Source: Perkinsus olseni
Taxonomy: Eukaryota
Direction of reading: 5' to 3'
Assembly (NCBI GenBank): GCA_013115125.1
Contig: JABANN010000001.1
Location: 186,001 to 250,000, forward strand
DNA: 64,000 nucleotides
The number at the start of each line of letters is the position of its first letter. Within the stretch, counting starts at the first letter, position 1. Shown piece by piece: positions 1 to 14,600 of the stretch. The translations under genes and the position numbers were made by a program. Under the pieces are notes generated by a model, which saw only the letters and a list, made by a program, of their open reading frames with translations, was not told the DNA's origin and made no database searches.

Positions 1-319
1 TCTTTTAAACAGTGCATCACGATGATGAGCACTGTATGAAGCAGCAAGGTACCATTTCTTTGCATTCAATGATGATTGTTGTGGTTGAGTTAACAAAGCT
101 GAAGAAGCCGGCCCACTGAATCAAACTCACGACCTTCTGAACGACAGCCTGGGACACGACCCGCGAGACCAGCAACACGTACAACATCTTCTTGCGCGTC
201 TAATAACCGCTGACTATTCATAACGATGTACGACGAGACCTTCCAAAATGACGCGTGCTTCTCGCCTTATACACCCACACCTCTCCGAAATACAAGCGGC
301 ATGAGAATGGATGGAGCAT

Positions 320-2126
320 TCAGAGAATACAGGCCCTGTTCGGCTTCCCGTCTACTTCTATAAACACGACGTGTTGATGATAGCAAACAAGAAGCGGTGG
401 AGGGCAGGTGTGGCGAGCTACACTGCCCATTGCATGCCGCAGAGAAAAGTCGTGTACTGACTTGCGGTGTTCGTGGATGGTCGAGCAGGCCTCGCCCTGA
501 ATTTCCAACGGCAACTCGGCGAAGGTCCGAATATCTTGCCAGTTCTTGCCCGGTCCAGCAAAGTGGTAGATATAAGCGTCGCCGATCTCCGAGAGGTTTT
601 GCGTGGTGATCACGTAGTTTATGTCGTTCTCGACGGGATTCACGAAACCGAAAATCGCGGACTGCCGAAAACCAGCCGGCCCGAAGAGCTCCTCAGCAGC
701 CTCCCACCAGCACATCGAGTAGGCCGCTACACCTGAGAGGGCAGACAGGAAGGGCCTTCAGGAAAGGCAGGGACGTCTGACAGCAGTGTTTAGATATTAA
801 ACGCTTAAGACTACGCCGCGCTGAAAATACTCACAAAATCGGGAAACTCCGCCCTTGGTTTTTCCGACAGACTTGTAACAGGCCTCAGAGAGTTGCACAT
901 GCACCGAACAGGTTCATTCTAAGGAAGACCGCCATACTGGGCCCCAACTCACTGTGGTCGCCATTGGCCCCAGGAAGTGCGTACTCGACGCAGCTCGAGT
1001 CGTAGGTGTGCAGCGGCCCCGTCGTTGTGTCGTCGGCGAACTCAAGTATCGTCTCATCGAAAGCCGCTTGGTCATGATGGGCTGTCTGCATCCAGGCCAT
1101 CTTGTCGAGCAGGGAATCCAGGAACGCCAGGCCGGATGGAGTTCCCCGAATAGCCACGACGCCGTTATTGAGCGTCCCCGGCGGAAGAACGTCGCGTATG
1201 ATGACGTGTTGCGTAGCGAAAGTTGTGAAGATGTACTGTGCGAAATCGAAGTCCCAGAAGGCGAGGTTGAGGACAGTATCAGCGTCCACAACAAAAAGGA
1301 GGTCGAAGTCTGGCAAGTGTGCCTGCACGGAACGATGGACAGGGGACTCTCAGTTTTGTAGCATCACTTTCGCCCTGATCCATCGGAGCCAGTTCGGATG
1401 GCGGTACTCTCGCCTCAGTAACCACTGATCAGTATCCAGTACGAACTCGATGGCCCATCGCCGGCACCAGCACCGCCATAAGGTTATGGTGGGCTGGGCG
1501 AGGTCCAGCATGTCAGCGGTCACGGCAATGAGTAGCCCAACACGCTCTGATCGCTCTACGGTAGAGTTCACCTCCACGCGGCCCCTCAGCTGGCGCTCTC
1601 TCAATCGGAAGTTTGCGCAGTATGCCTTCCTGCTCAGCACAACTTCGTTGATTACCGATTCGTTAACAGCTGCATGATCGCCTCCGAAATTTCGCAGCAG
1701 CTCGTGAGCGCGAACCCCGAGCAGGACGCTCTTCGTGCAGTCGTGCATATCGAGTATGTAAGTATTGGTTGCATAGATTGCCAAAGCCAAGGCACACGCT
1801 TCCGCACAGGTTCGACACCGGCTAGCGGCATCTTCTTCGAACCCGAAAGGCGCAAGGATCTCCGCTGTTTGCTGACATCTCGGAGAGGCTTCATAGAACT
1901 CGTGAGAGCATTCCCCCAGGAAATGAGCGCTGGTCTGATGTACCGTATGTGGCCCGAGGGCACCTCCCAGGGAATCGCTATGGCACGATGCTGCAGACCG
2001 TTGCAGGAGATGGAAAAGGGAAATCAATACGACGATGTAGCGGATAGTGTTGGAAGAACGAAGGCCGAGTTGGCACCGGGGAGGGGCGAATAAGGCCCTT
2101 GATGCAGCCCGAACGCAAGCTCGCAT
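320..2126 (-). CDS. Multi-exon glycosyltransferase, GT-A fold, GT34/galactosyltransferase-like
   Basis: Three successive minus-strand ORF segments (1350-2126, 885-1328, 320-715) separated by short intron-sized gaps. N-terminal hydrophobic anchor (YIVVLISLFHLL), DxD motif in LFVVDADT, and motifs LNNGVVAIRG, HDQAAF and YHFAG, all typical of GT34-like enzymes. Confidence 0.7.
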
Positions 2127-2642
2127 TGATGCACTCCAATGATGCTATGCAGTCCGCAGTATTATACAGCACTGCAAGGAGATGATCCACTCCGCGTATT
2201 CGAAGCCTTCTAACGAGGAGTTGCCAAGTGATGGTCAACTATAACTACGTAGTATCCGGTTAAAATCGCTTCAACTAAGAGCGCCAGGTCCCGCAATTTC
2301 GAGAGCCCCGTCAAACTCTCTCTTCTGCATAGCAACCCATTTGGAGCCTTTGCCAATGAAGAAAGTTTCATAACCTGGAAGCACCTTCGCGGAGCATTCA
2401 ATCCCCCCCAAACTCCGCTCGATTATTGAGCCCGGACAAACACTTATCCGAAGAAGAATTTCCTCCCGAATGACTCTGTCGATTCTCATCCCGACATCGC
2501 ACCCCTCACTTGCCCCCCCCCTCTATGGCTGGTTAACACAACACCCTACTGTTCGGATAGAATTGCATTTGGCAACGGCAGCAAGAGTATAAAGTTGTTA
2601 CTTAGGCTACTGCGATGGCACCTCGAGGGTGGTAATAATGCT

Positions 2643-3995
2643 CTACGTCATCAGCTGAGGAACGGAAAAGTTGGTAACCTGATCCTCGCACTTGCCACCA
2701 TAACGAGCTTCGAGCACATCAGCGGGTATAGTCTTCAAAAGGGCCTCTTCGAAGCCACTATGAAAGATCTCTATCTTCTTAGTAGTAGTGGGGTCCAACA
2801 GTCGCATCACTAGCTTAGCAAAAGTGTACATCATTCTAGGCATATTGACGACATACATGTGGCCGAGGCGAGCGCAGTACATCGTCTGCATGATACTCAT
2901 AACGGGGCTCATCATACTGATGGGAAACGCCCATGCCGAACAGCCTTGGAAGTCCACAAGACAGGTCTGCTGCTCTACGTGCAGGGGACAGGTTAACTGC
3001 TGCTCGAGTACCTCCAACTGGTAGATCGACGCCTTGGCGCAATCGTCAGAGGAAAGATTCTCAGTGATATAAATACCTGGCCGAACTACTAAAATCGGTC
3101 TGAGGTATTTGTCACGACCGTGCCAGTAGATTACACCCGTCTCAATGGTGGGTTTGACCTCCGATAAACTGAGTATCCGAGTTTCCTTGCACGCCCTCAG
3201 CTTGTACAGGTCCTCGGTCGTCTTCCGTACGTCCCAATGGTTGCCTTGCAACAGCCTCAGTATGTGAGACCGTTCAAGACCAGATCCCTCCAGTGGATCA
3301 GTGATAGAGTTGTCTGTCCAGTAGTCCTTGAGTTCAGTCAACTTGTCAGTTTCGAATTCAGTGAGGCACAAGCCCTCCTCTTCCAACGTAGAACCGAAGA
3401 ATATCCGCTGCTGGCTGGGGCCAGATCCCTCGACTAGCGACGGTGGTATCTAAGGTTGAACATGAGCTCGGACGGACTCAAAAGATTCCTCAGTACGGTT
3501 CTATGACACTAATACAGCGAAGAGAGTAAGTAGAACAGGGCGCCATACGACAGTGCGCCAAGAGTTTCCGAGGTCTTATTGGTAAAAGCCCTGCACTACA
3601 TAGTCTTCCACCCCTTCAGGGAGGAGCTTTCCTTCATTTCCTTCACTCCCTTGCTGCTGCTGCTGCTGCTGCTGGTCATCGTCGTCTATGAAGGAGTCTA
3701 GCTCAGCCAGTTGCGCCACGTCCGGGGTCAAACATGTGTAGTATTCCGATATGTCAGACGAGGAGTCCGCTATCGAATCGAGGTCCTCCGAGGAAGAAGA
3801 ATGGGAGGGCTGCCAGGAGTCCTGGTCACGCCGCCAGAATCGGCTTCTACTGGCCTTCCGCCGCCCTCGGAAGGAGCGACCACTGCGAATGCGGAAGTGC
3901 AGCACCGCGGGGACTACCCGGACGATGTCGTGAAGGACGGTGGTGACGTTGTCGAGGACGGGGACTTGTCTTCGTTTTTTCATACTCGATATCAT
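2643..3995 (-). CDS. CRAL-TRIO/Sec14-like lipid-binding protein, 2 exons
   Basis: Exon 2643-~3500 has ILRLLQGNHWDV, YWHGRDKYLRPILVVR, MYCARLGHMYVVNMP, LDPTTTKKI and LEARYGG (Sec14 signature). The upstream exon is acidic with a poly-Q run. Start codon uncertain. Confidence 0.85.
3652..3674. repeat. (CTG/CAG)n microsatellite encoding poly-Gln
   Basis: Run tgctgctgctgctgctgctgctg, translated as QQQQQQQQ on the minus strand. Confidence 0.9.
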
Positions 3996-5249
3996 TAGAA
4001 AACACCTAAGACGACCATGATAATACAAACAGCAGCAGCAGCAACGGCAGCAGGGGTAACTGCGCCCATCCACCGGCCCACAGCAAATCAGGCCGGGTGG
4101 TAGTATCCCAAACTCAACAGCCCGTGATAGTCAGATTCAAGACAGTTCGAAACAAGTACGCCATGAGCGGTCTAGTCGTGCTCGGTCGGCGGGGGAATTG
4201 CTGTGAACAACATCAGGGAAGAAAAGAAGAAAAGTAGGCAACGTTACTAATGATTGAATTACTGCAGACTGATAACGATGAGGACAAATGAGAAGATACT
4301 CAACCGTATAGCTGCTGTGTAAAGCCGACTACGATGAAATCTTCGAGATCACATCAGCAACCTGACAAAATCCGGTCGAAGTCGGCGAAAGGTTGCCGAG
4401 GTCTCCGAGATTGGCATATTTTGGAGTGTCATAGTGGGGAGGGAGTAACGCCTGCGGGCTCAGCACTTCGCAGGCGCCAAGGCACGAACAAGGTGGAGCT
4501 GATTGGCAACCGTTTCGAGAACGAGACTAGGGATCATAATCCAGGGCTATTATCCTGAGAGTCACATGGGTGCACAGGCAAGCTGCTTGCCGCAAGCATG
4601 ACTGCCATGAGCGAGTTAGTCGCTTGCGAAATTGGTTAGCGACAAGAATGTCAATGTTAAGTCCACGTTCGACGAGGGTTGAATTATCACATGCAAGAAT
4701 GACAGTATCACAACCAAGTTTGACAATAGACGGGTGCCGATCGACAGACGCCCGTCCAAGTTTGAAAGAACTTACGGAATCATCGTTCATGGCTCGAGAT
4801 GCTCCGAAAGTTGACTTTTCCGCGGAGACCTACCTCCGACCTATGATGCTTTGGAATCCCAGACAGGACCCAGGGGCGTACTGTCTATGACAGGCTGCCA
4901 CCATCACTGTCCTCAGTCGGTGGGGACCCGCACCACCACTGAGTTCTCCTTCTTCACCACCGAAACGGTTCTGTCAAAAATTTTACCAAGATGGCCAAAA
5001 CTTGCAATCTTGAGTTTCCTCAACGCTCATGAACATCAAAGTGCATAATTTACTTACTTGTTAAGTCTCTTCTCATTTCCGTGAGCCGCCGCAGTCGATT
5101 GAAGGAAGAACTCCACTGTGGCCCGTAGTAGCCCTCGATGGCGGTGTCCTACTGCTATTCCCTTTCATGATGGCTTCGATACGTAGGAGTTACGATTGTT
5201 ATGGTATGAGTGTATTGCAGTAGTTGTACAGCATTAGCATTGACGTGAA

Positions 5250-5345
5250 AGCCCAGTCGTTTCGAACGACTGGGCTGCGGGACATGGCGAAGTATCGCCA
5301 TGGAGCATGGCGATACTTTGCCTTACAGGAACTGCGCTAGTTCCT
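5250..5345. other. Cluster of three adjacent inverted repeats (hairpins) upstream of the HECT gene
   Basis: agcccagtcgtt-tcg-aacgactgggct (12-bp perfect stem); ggcgaagtatcgccatg-gag-catggcgatactttgcc (17-bp stem with one G-U pair); aggaact-gcgct-agttcct (7-bp stem). Confidence 0.8.
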
Positions 5346-5628
5346 TACTAGCGCTAAGTATCAGTAGACCATATTGACAAAGGCCCAACAGAGCAGCTTC
5401 TGCTGCTACCCTAGAGGGTGCCTGACAAGAGGCGCACCTTACGGTTGGATTCGACCCACTGGGTGACAACTATGCGCGGTTTGTCGTCGCTGTGGGCGTT
5501 CGTATAAAAGGCAGAGGATAGCGGTAGTGACTAGGCTGTGCCGAACTGAACTGGGTTGAGGAAGTTCGGTATCTTATGTTGAAGCTTGAGTTGGGCAGAA
5601 AGAATGATTCCTCTCTTCAGTTGTGTAG

Positions 5629-8600
5629 ATGTCTCAAAGGCCGTCTGCCAACTCCCGGCGTACTAAAAAACAGCGACAGCAACCACCGTCAACACCTTCA
5701 GTCCTTCCTCCTTCTGCAAGCTTCCCACAGCAACCTAGCAACAACAACAGCACAGCAGCAGCTCTTCCGCAGAGTCGCCGCTCTCTTCGTCGTAGTAGTA
5801 CCAGTAGCATCTCTTCTACCGCCTCTGCAGCAGCAGCAGAGAAGAGGTTACTACAAAACTCACCTGTCTCGAAGGTAGTAGGCCCTCTCAGAAAGTCGTA
5901 CGATTCTTTTTCCCTTCCCGGAATTCAGTGTTTGTCAGTCCTCTGGGTCGTCGGCTCCTTCGCCTAGGAAGCGCATCCAGAAGGCTTCTCAACAGTCAAA
6001 AAAAAGCGGCTCGCCAGTCGGTGGAGAGAAGGCACGCGCCCTTCCAAAAGGGAAGCGAGGTGATGTCACTATCATGTCGTTTTTTGGTAATTTTACGGAA
6101 ATTTTTAGTGTCAAAAAAGCGCAAAAGCGAACACATTTCCGAGAGTACGGAAGGCAAAGCAGGGAAGGTTATGAAGAGGGAGAGCGAGGCCAGCAGAGAC
6201 ACTGCTGCTGAGGAGTCGTCCCTGCATCCGGAAACGCCTACTGATATGGGAGTGTCGGATACCCCGGACGCGAGGCCCGACCGAAACAGTGCGAGGATCG
6301 ATATGGGTAGTTGTGAGGTTGGTAGTGAGGGTAGCGTCAGTGTTGGCGCGGTTCAGGTGCTTTGGGGACCTTCCTGAGGCAGGTGGGGGGCAATGAGGAC
6401 TCGGAGAAGGATACTAGCAGGCATGCACAGGGTAGGCGTTGAGGGGGACGAGTAGGGGAAGATGTGATATTGTTGCAGACGATGATATTGATGGTGGAAT
6501 GCGAGGGGCTTCATCATCTTCATCATCCTTCCCCGAAGGTCTGGCCTTCTTGATGTCGGCGGTCTCCAGCGGGGGACTCATGCAGAGTAGTACTCCACGG
6601 GAGGGCTCGGGTAGCATCGATGGCTGTGTTGGCGTTGATAGGGTGAATGTTTCTCGTCGGGGCAAGCGGGATACGCCTCTTTGCTGGAACTGCACCAGGG
6701 ATTGTCTTTTGACTCGCGAAAAGGCGGAAAGTTCTGACAATGAGTATCGTCGCATTGTCGTCAGGGATCACCTCCGATTTGAAGGCTGATGACTCCATAA
6801 GAGTGATAGCGGCGCTTACTGAGCTCAACGATGTCCTTAATATGTCTGGGGAGGAGATCGCCCTCGGATTCCCCGTGGAAACTGCGGTAGTCTCGCTGCT
6901 GCTGCTGGCTAGGTTGGAGTGGATGAGGTTGGACTGTTCGCTAGGTACCCCTGTTGGTAAAGCATGTCGAGAAGGACGATCCTCAGGATGAGGGCGATGA
7001 CCCCGACACACGGAGACTTCTTGCTACTAGATGTAGTACCGTAGTATCTTAGGTTCACTCGCGTCTTTCGTAAGATAGGCTCTCTTAGAGCTTCTTTCCC
7101 ATGCTCATGTCCTCCCTTAGGGCTGGAAATTGTAAGTGTGGCATAGGTATCTACAGCCTACTGGATATCCTCCCTTCTGCAACGGCCAGAGTGTTGGCCA
7201 ACTCCGAAAGGGGTCTCACGACTCTGTGTGACAAGCTGCGCTCGATCACCAACATCGACCTGGCCGAGCAGTGTATTAGGGTAAGGGCGACGGACCTTAT
7301 CCGTCATGGGAGGGTTTCTTTGGCGTAGGTATTGTACCGCTTGTCCAGTGAGCAACCAACGGCGTTGTTTTGCGCAGGGGGTGTGGAGGCCCTCCTGCAG
7401 TGTATGGACTTCTTCACCACCTACTGCCAGGACCAGGCCCTGAGTGCTGTTAAGAATATGGTATCATACAGGGATTCGGGTCTGGTATTGAGCTCCTTGC
7501 TGCTTTCACTTGAGCGTGATTTATTATGCACGGGTGTAGCACGGGGATTAGCGCTGATCAATCCTCGCAGGACCGCTCCTTGGGAGCAACAACTTGTTCT
7601 CAACTTAGATGAATTGAGGGAATTGTGGTACCGTTATGGATCGGATGATAAGGATTATCATCAATAATCACGATTAAAGGGTTGAGTACGATGATCTTAT
7701 TTGGTAGGTGCGGATGGCCCGAGTGGACCCCGAGAAGTGGGAGAAGTACCTGGTGGAACCTCCATGCTGTCTTAACCAGCTCACAGCTGTTCTTGGGCAT
7801 GCGGATACGAACATGCAGGCCAGGGCTGCAGAGACATGGAAAGGCATGCTCAACAATCTGCCTAGGGTGAGAAGCCGCTGTCCACGATGGAGCGCCTCAT
7901 CCAGACCACAGTATTTTCTCTAGCACGTTCCCTTTCGGCATTTCATCGTGTCTGGCTCATCTCGCGCGATGCTCTCTCGAGTGAAGAATCCCGACTATTA
8001 GTTTCGGATGGAATTGTGGCGCAGCGGCGTGCTTTACAGGTGTATTCCACGCCCGCCGCATCCTCGCCCGCTTCGTCGGCTCCCTCGTCCCCTCGGATGA
8101 CAGCAGCGGCCTCGTCCAGCTCGGCGATGGGGAGGATGCTCAATCGGTTTCGGAGCAACTCGAGGATCCTAGCGGGTGCTGAGCAGAGAGACGTAAGAAA
8201 GGAGGAACCTACAAGTGGTGAGAGTAGAGGTAAGCGTCACGCGCCACGAAATTGGTCTTCTTCACTCTCGGTATTGTAGTTTCGTCCAAGGCTCTGAGTC
8301 GAGGCGCGGAGAAGCTGATGGGAGAAAACGGAGAGAGGCTGAAGCAGATGATCGAGCGTGCTCAGCAAGAGTTGGACCATCCTAGCTCTACACGTGCGGA
8401 TACACAATTTTGTGGCGCGCGAGAATTTGTTATTGGTGTATGGTCAGGGACATCGACCGGGGTTGTTACTGACCTTCTGGCCTGCATAGCAACAGTCGTG
8501 GCCTGTTCTGATAAGTTGGCGGCGATGGCTATGCAGCAGCAGTCGATGCAGGTGCTCTTGGATAAGCTGCTTGCTGATGGTAGTACTAGTAGTGTTATGC

Positions 8601-11600
8601 ATGCTACGAAGGGGTTACACTGTTGGGGGTAGGTGACGTAGCAGAGGAGCTGAGCAGGCAGGCATTGAAGACGGCAGAGGCCTTGCTGCCTCCGGTGAGG
8701 TTGGATCCATCCAAGGCTGGGGCGACGAAGAAGATTGATGTGTTCAAGGTGGGTTGAGGGGCCAGTCGAGAGTACCGCTACCTGCACTATCGGTCGGACA
8801 ACTCCCTGTGGTCGTAGGAAATTTCTCCCGCATCATCCGGTGGGGTCGTCTTTGCTTCGCGTGTCTTGCCGTAGTCGTCTTCGCTCGTTCACTCATGTAC
8901 CGGTGTATGGGCTTCTCACCAGGTTCTGCGCTTGTCGGGGGAATCCTCGCGACAAGGCAAGACGAAGAGTGCTGTGTCCCCACAGCATGCAGGTCGCAGC
9001 GTTCCACGAGAGCTCCTTGTCAAACTACTGACGGGAGCGGTAGCGTGCGCAGCAGCAGCAGCCGACCAGCAGGACTCGGTAGAGGACCGCCGCGAGATGG
9101 TATTTTAGAAGCACTGCTCTCGTTTGTAGATGCAGTTGGTGCTGTCGGGGAGCATGTACGCGAGGCAGAGGGGGTGGAATTTGACAGCAACGCATCCGGA
9201 GCTCATCGATGGGGTTATCTCCTCCCTGGCGGACATTATGGACCAGCAGTGCAGCGCCCCGAGGTAGTCCTGGCTCTGGTCTGGGCCTTGTCGTCCTTCT
9301 GGGGAGGGATCTAACCGTCGGAGGGATGAGGCGATGGCTAGGGTGGGATCAACCCTGAGCTTCTGCTGCAATCCCGGAGCACGACTGAATCGCCTGCCTT
9401 TTTAGCACGCCGATAAGTGTTGTTCTAGGGCCGTTTTAGAAGCCTGGGGGAACCAGCTGTGTCTGGAGTTTGGCACAGTGTTGAGTCGTTGTATCGGCTG
9501 TGCAGGTACTCGCCCTCCCTACTGCTGGCATGCCTGCATACCATACTGTGTCTAACGCCTAAGGGGAAGAGCGTACAGATTACGCAGGACCTGGCATGCC
9601 GCTATGGGGTACGACTGGCTGGATTGTCTTGAGGACGTTTTCGACCACGCACACTCTACAGGGTTCTCTTGCTTTTTGAGCGTTCCTAGAAGTGACCTGG
9701 GCGATCGGGAGATTCACGCCTGGTTGGAAATCTTCCTGCGGTATAGCGAAACTGGTGTTAAGAGAGCCTCTGGCTTTTCCGCCGCAGCTTGGATTGAGAA
9801 AGTGTAATCCCCGTTTCAGGTCGTCAAATTGCTGCGGGAGATCCAGGAGTGGAAGGAGCCTGTTGATGCATCACCTCAACCTGCTGAGAATGCCAACGAC
9901 ATGACGACTAATGCGAGGAACGCCAGCGGTAGTAGACCTGTGCGCACTGATCACTAGCTGTATGGCTGCCCGCTCGCACCGGAAAGATTCGCTTCTCTAC
10001 AGAGATGCTGCCAGGTTCATCATCATCTCCACCATCATCTAGCATTCTTGTCACTTTGAGGAGGTCGTCTCGGAGTGGTTCGCTGAATGCTCCAGTCGAG
10101 CGCCACCCGAATGAAGCCAGCAATACCCCTCGTCAGGAGACGACTTTTGGCTGGCTAACGTTACTCAAGGTAGGGGCTACTTGGACGATAGCGTCCCTGC
10201 TGGGAGTGATGATGATGGAGTGACTCTCTTGGTGTCCTCGGGGCGTACCTGTACGAGGTTGGCCGCCCCGACGCTGGTCGAATTGTTTCAGGCGGAGGCT
10301 TCTCAAGCCTTGCGGATTCTTGATCGAGAGAAGGATGCTGGGGTATTGGCGAATAGACAGATGCCGTCAAGGTAGTGTATTTTAACGAAAGATTCACGGC
10401 CCAGCTGCTGGTGGTTACCATTTCTACAGTGTGCGCTGATCTTGTGATCTCAGGTCCGGCGAGGTGATGAACTTGGAAGCTTTCACTGCATTCGCGGCCT
10501 CCTCGTCTCTGCCGACTCCCTACGAGCTGCTTCAGTCGGGCATGCTGGAGGAGATGTGTGATTTCGTGGCGCGCGGTCATGAGGCTGATGAGATCAGGAA
10601 GGTGATGAAGGCTTTTGATTCCCGTTGGTGGTGGTGGAGGCTTCTGTGGCTTCTCAGGTTTTGGCGGAGAATCCTGAGTTTTATGAGCATATGGTCAAGT
10701 GCCTGGTATCGGCTATCGACAGGCATAGACTGTTGACCCTCGCTCTCAATCCGGGTAGGAGGGGACTTGCTTGGGCGTCCGGTGAAGAGAGTGTGAGTTT
10801 AGTTTCCGATGGTGGCATGGTCCTGCCTTCACCCTCGACGGGCCTCACCTCAAAGCGAGGGGGAATGGGCAGCCTGGGCCTGCAGCTCCTCGGCAAGCCT
10901 ATTAGACTGAAGTTGGAACACAAGAAGAAGGAAGCCGCTACGGCCGGCAAGGATGCGGATAAGGTAGAGTTGTAGGCGCAGCGCTCCCTCCCTTCATCAG
11001 CTGCCGGCTGCCTCCTCTCCTCGTTGCTGCCGTTATCGGTGTCTCGAGGGTTGCACCTCGCTGATCTTTCACACTGCTGGATGGCCTCCCCTCGCCGCCA
11101 TCAGCCCCTCTAGGTCCCACCCTGTGCCGTGGTGGGACGCAGTCCATTATCGCTGTTGATAGGGCTCCCAGTATGGGAGGGTTGTCTATACCACCTTTTT
11201 CCTGCATCAGAGCCAGCAACCCCCCCAGTCATCGTCCTCGTCCAGTACGGCCGGTGACACCATGAGGTCCCGGCTAAGACGCGCATTGTCGTTCCGATCG
11301 AAGGGAGGAGCGGAGAACTCCCCTAGGAGAGGTGAGGGTGACACGCACTGCCATCGGGGTTGCACTTGGGTTGCTTAGGTCATGGCGAGGGCGACCTGGC
11401 GTCGCTGATGCCGCCCAGTCTGATGGTTACGGTGGAGCCACTGGCGAGCATAGGAGCCGTCTGCGGGTAAGTGGTCGCTTGTGTCTAGGGATCGGCCTTC
11501 ATGACTTCTGTAGTTACATCCTGCAGCGGGTGAAGTTCATCCGACGGTGCCTGGGGCCGGGACATGGCGGCTCGAGTGAGTTCATAGAGGACCTGCTGCT

Positions 11601-14600
11601 CGGCGACGAGGATGAGGATGATGAGGAGGCGTGAGTGTCTCGGGGAACTGCTGGTTTCGACGCGGAATGAGATGGGTCTTTCCTGGGTTGCTGGAGTATT
11701 AGCTTGTGAGCTTCATCGTTGAGGAGGCGGCCTGAGCAGCGGCAGGTGTATCGATTCCCTGGTCAGGTTCCTGATGGGCTTGCATGGCGATGATGACATG
11801 GAGTTGGATGATGAGGATGAATTTGATGATGACGATGATATGATGCTGGACGAGGACGAAGGCCACTACCATCCAGGCGAGCATGACGACGACGAGGATG
11901 CCGACGATTTGCCGATCTTCAGTACCAGGGCCCGGAGGCGGGTGAGTTGTGGACGGCCTTGTGGAGGCTCTCTGATAGCTGTTCGTTTGTAGTCCGATGA
12001 TGGCGATGATGGTGAGGATACTCTTGGACGAGGCAGGCGTGAGGCGGATGAGGAAGCGATTAAACGTGAGTTGGGCTTTGCGGCTGCGACGGCATGGACT
12101 AGGTTTTTACTATGGCGAGGTATGGTGGCAGAGGCGTGTGGTCGCAGAGGGCGGGGGCATAGTACTCGAAGGCGGGCTAGCGGTGAGGACAAGGATCTCG
12201 GAGGACTTGTCGATGAACACGACTCTCCACGTAGCGCCAGTCGAAGCGGCAGAGGTGACCTGACTCGGTCTCAAGAGCTGCTGGCTGACCAGAATGATGT
12301 GGCTTGAGCGTATTTTATATTTTTACGTGTTATAGGAGGTGCGGTAACTGATCGAAAGTCGAAGTCCGACTGTGCTACTACTCCGGTGAAGGCACAGGAG
12401 CCCACGGGAGTAGTGATCTTCCTTGACGGTCGCCCTATCCCGAGCCATCTGACAGCGGTAAGTACCCGACTGTTGGGCCACGGTTTTCTATAGTTGTTGT
12501 GGCAGGTTCAAGCTGTGTGGTTGGCAGCTAGTCGAGAGTCTAGCGGCGCACTCTCGGCGGTTGGTACTGACGAGTCTGCTGGCGTGGTGTGTCGAGCCTC
12601 GTCGCGGTCGCTGCGTAATGCGAAGCCTCCGCCGGAGAAGGTGTCGAGGTTCACCATCGCTGCTGACGTGACCAGTAAGCGGGAGGTTTTGGTGAAAATG
12701 TGGTATAAGATTGTCAGATGAGCGCATCGCCGAGGAGGTGGATGACGGCGGGAAGGCAGATGGTGCGGGCAAGCCGGGCATCAGTGCAGTGATCTCTACT
12801 ATCTGGGGTAGGGCTCATTGGGGGCGGGGAGTGGGCAGCTCACTGTCAACGGAGTACCCACACGCAGGTACTACGCACAATTTCGAATTCGAGCTCACTT
12901 TCGACGAGGGAGATGAAAAGAAGTCGGAGGGTGGTCGTCTGCCCTCTACCACACCTTTCCCTCATGAGCCCAAGGCTGTGGTATGTGATCGTCCACTGGC
13001 TATGAAGGAGCGTGTGAAGGCGGCGGCGGAGGCTGTGGAAGAGCATTTCGGCCAGTTGGAGGGACAGCACTGGGACGGTCTGGATCGCCTTGTCGAGGTA
13101 CGAGGATCTTTTTCAGTCGGATTCGTATCCTTTCCGTCACCATTCGCGGGCTTTGAGCGGAGCGATGCAATTCGTCTACTGTTAGTTACTGGTATCACTA
13201 TCGAAGCTCCGCCCGAAGGATTCTCCTGTGCGGTGGTCGAACTTCGCTTGTCTGATGCTTTCCAAGCGACAGCTAGCAGCCTCAAGCTCCCCGTTGGCTC
13301 TGATCACCAACATACCGGCTGATCTGAAGGTAATAGCAGCAACCAAGGCGCCAGCCGCAGTCGTTGTTGAGCAGGCCTCGGTCGTCGGTAAGGGAACAGA
13401 GGAAGTCTCTAGGCATCACACCAAGCTGGTGTCCGTTGCCCCTGTGCTGTTTGATACTGAGACGAGGCGTAAGCTATCAGCAGTTCTGTGGGTCGATCAT
13501 AGGGAGCTGTTGTTCAGGAAGAGTGATGGCATCATCGTGTTTTGGCCTGCATCGGGCGCTGCAGAGTATCAGCGAGGCAACTACTGCGGCTACCGATACT
13601 ACCAGCTCCTCGACGTCACAACAGCTGACGGCGCTGCCGAGACAGAAGGTGTGAGCTCGTGTCGAGTCATTGCTGGGCAGTGATGTTTGCGGTAAGGTAC
13701 GGATTCGCCGCGAGAAGCTGCTCGAGTCCGCGGTTGTCGTGATGAACGTTTTTGGCGCTGGGAAGGGGAAGGCGTCAGCGGCGCTGGAGGTGGAATTCTT
13801 GGTAAGCCGCAGATCGGCCCTGCCGGTGTCGGCTGAGGGGTATCTTGTTTACTTCAGGGAGAAGTGGGAACGGGCTCGGGCCCGACCAACGAGTTTTATG
13901 CGTGCGTTGCGGAGGAGCTGAAGAAGGTCCCATGCTTCTCTCGAGACTCGGAGTCGAGGCTCTTCCCTATGCCGGTGGCTGAGCAAGATGGTTGCAACGC
14001 CGAGGCCTATCGTAAGGCTCTTATGGAGTGCCCGGTGACCGAAGGATTGCTCTTAGGCAAAGTCCTGGCGGCTGCGGCGGAACAGCGGAAGAACCCACCC
14101 AAGACGACACCTGAGCGGAGCGATCATTCACCGGCCCATCGTGGAAGGAGCAATAGCGAAGGTGAGTGCTTCTCTTGCCCACCTATCAATGCCAATCCTG
14201 CGGGTAGTGGAGAAGAGATCTTGGCACTGCTCTTACTGAGAACGGGGCACTCAGAACTGCTAAGTGTTGATTAGTGGCGTCTGAGGTTGATGTGGCTGTC
14301 TCTTTTAGTGTCGGACATATCGGAGGCGGCAGGGGACGTGACAGCCAGTATTGGTATCGGTAGTCCGGCTGCCTCACCTGCCAACAAGGATGGTGATGGC
14401 GCTAACAAGGTAGCGGGAGGTGCTCTTTAATGGGGGCTACTTGCAGCTTTGGCGATCAGGGATCATCGCGCGGGAAGGGAACGACGGTTGAGTCGGACTC
14501 GAATAAGAGCCTTCCATCGGTGCTTGAGGCGTGGAGGCTGGCTGGTCATATCGTAGCCAGGTGTATACTCGATAACAGGCTGGTGGACCTGGATGTAGGG

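Noticed and set aside
4330-5040. Possible minus-strand gene with a pfkB-like snippet (NIDILVANQF)
   Set aside because: I could not assemble a consistent exon chain or find the pfkB GAGD signature.
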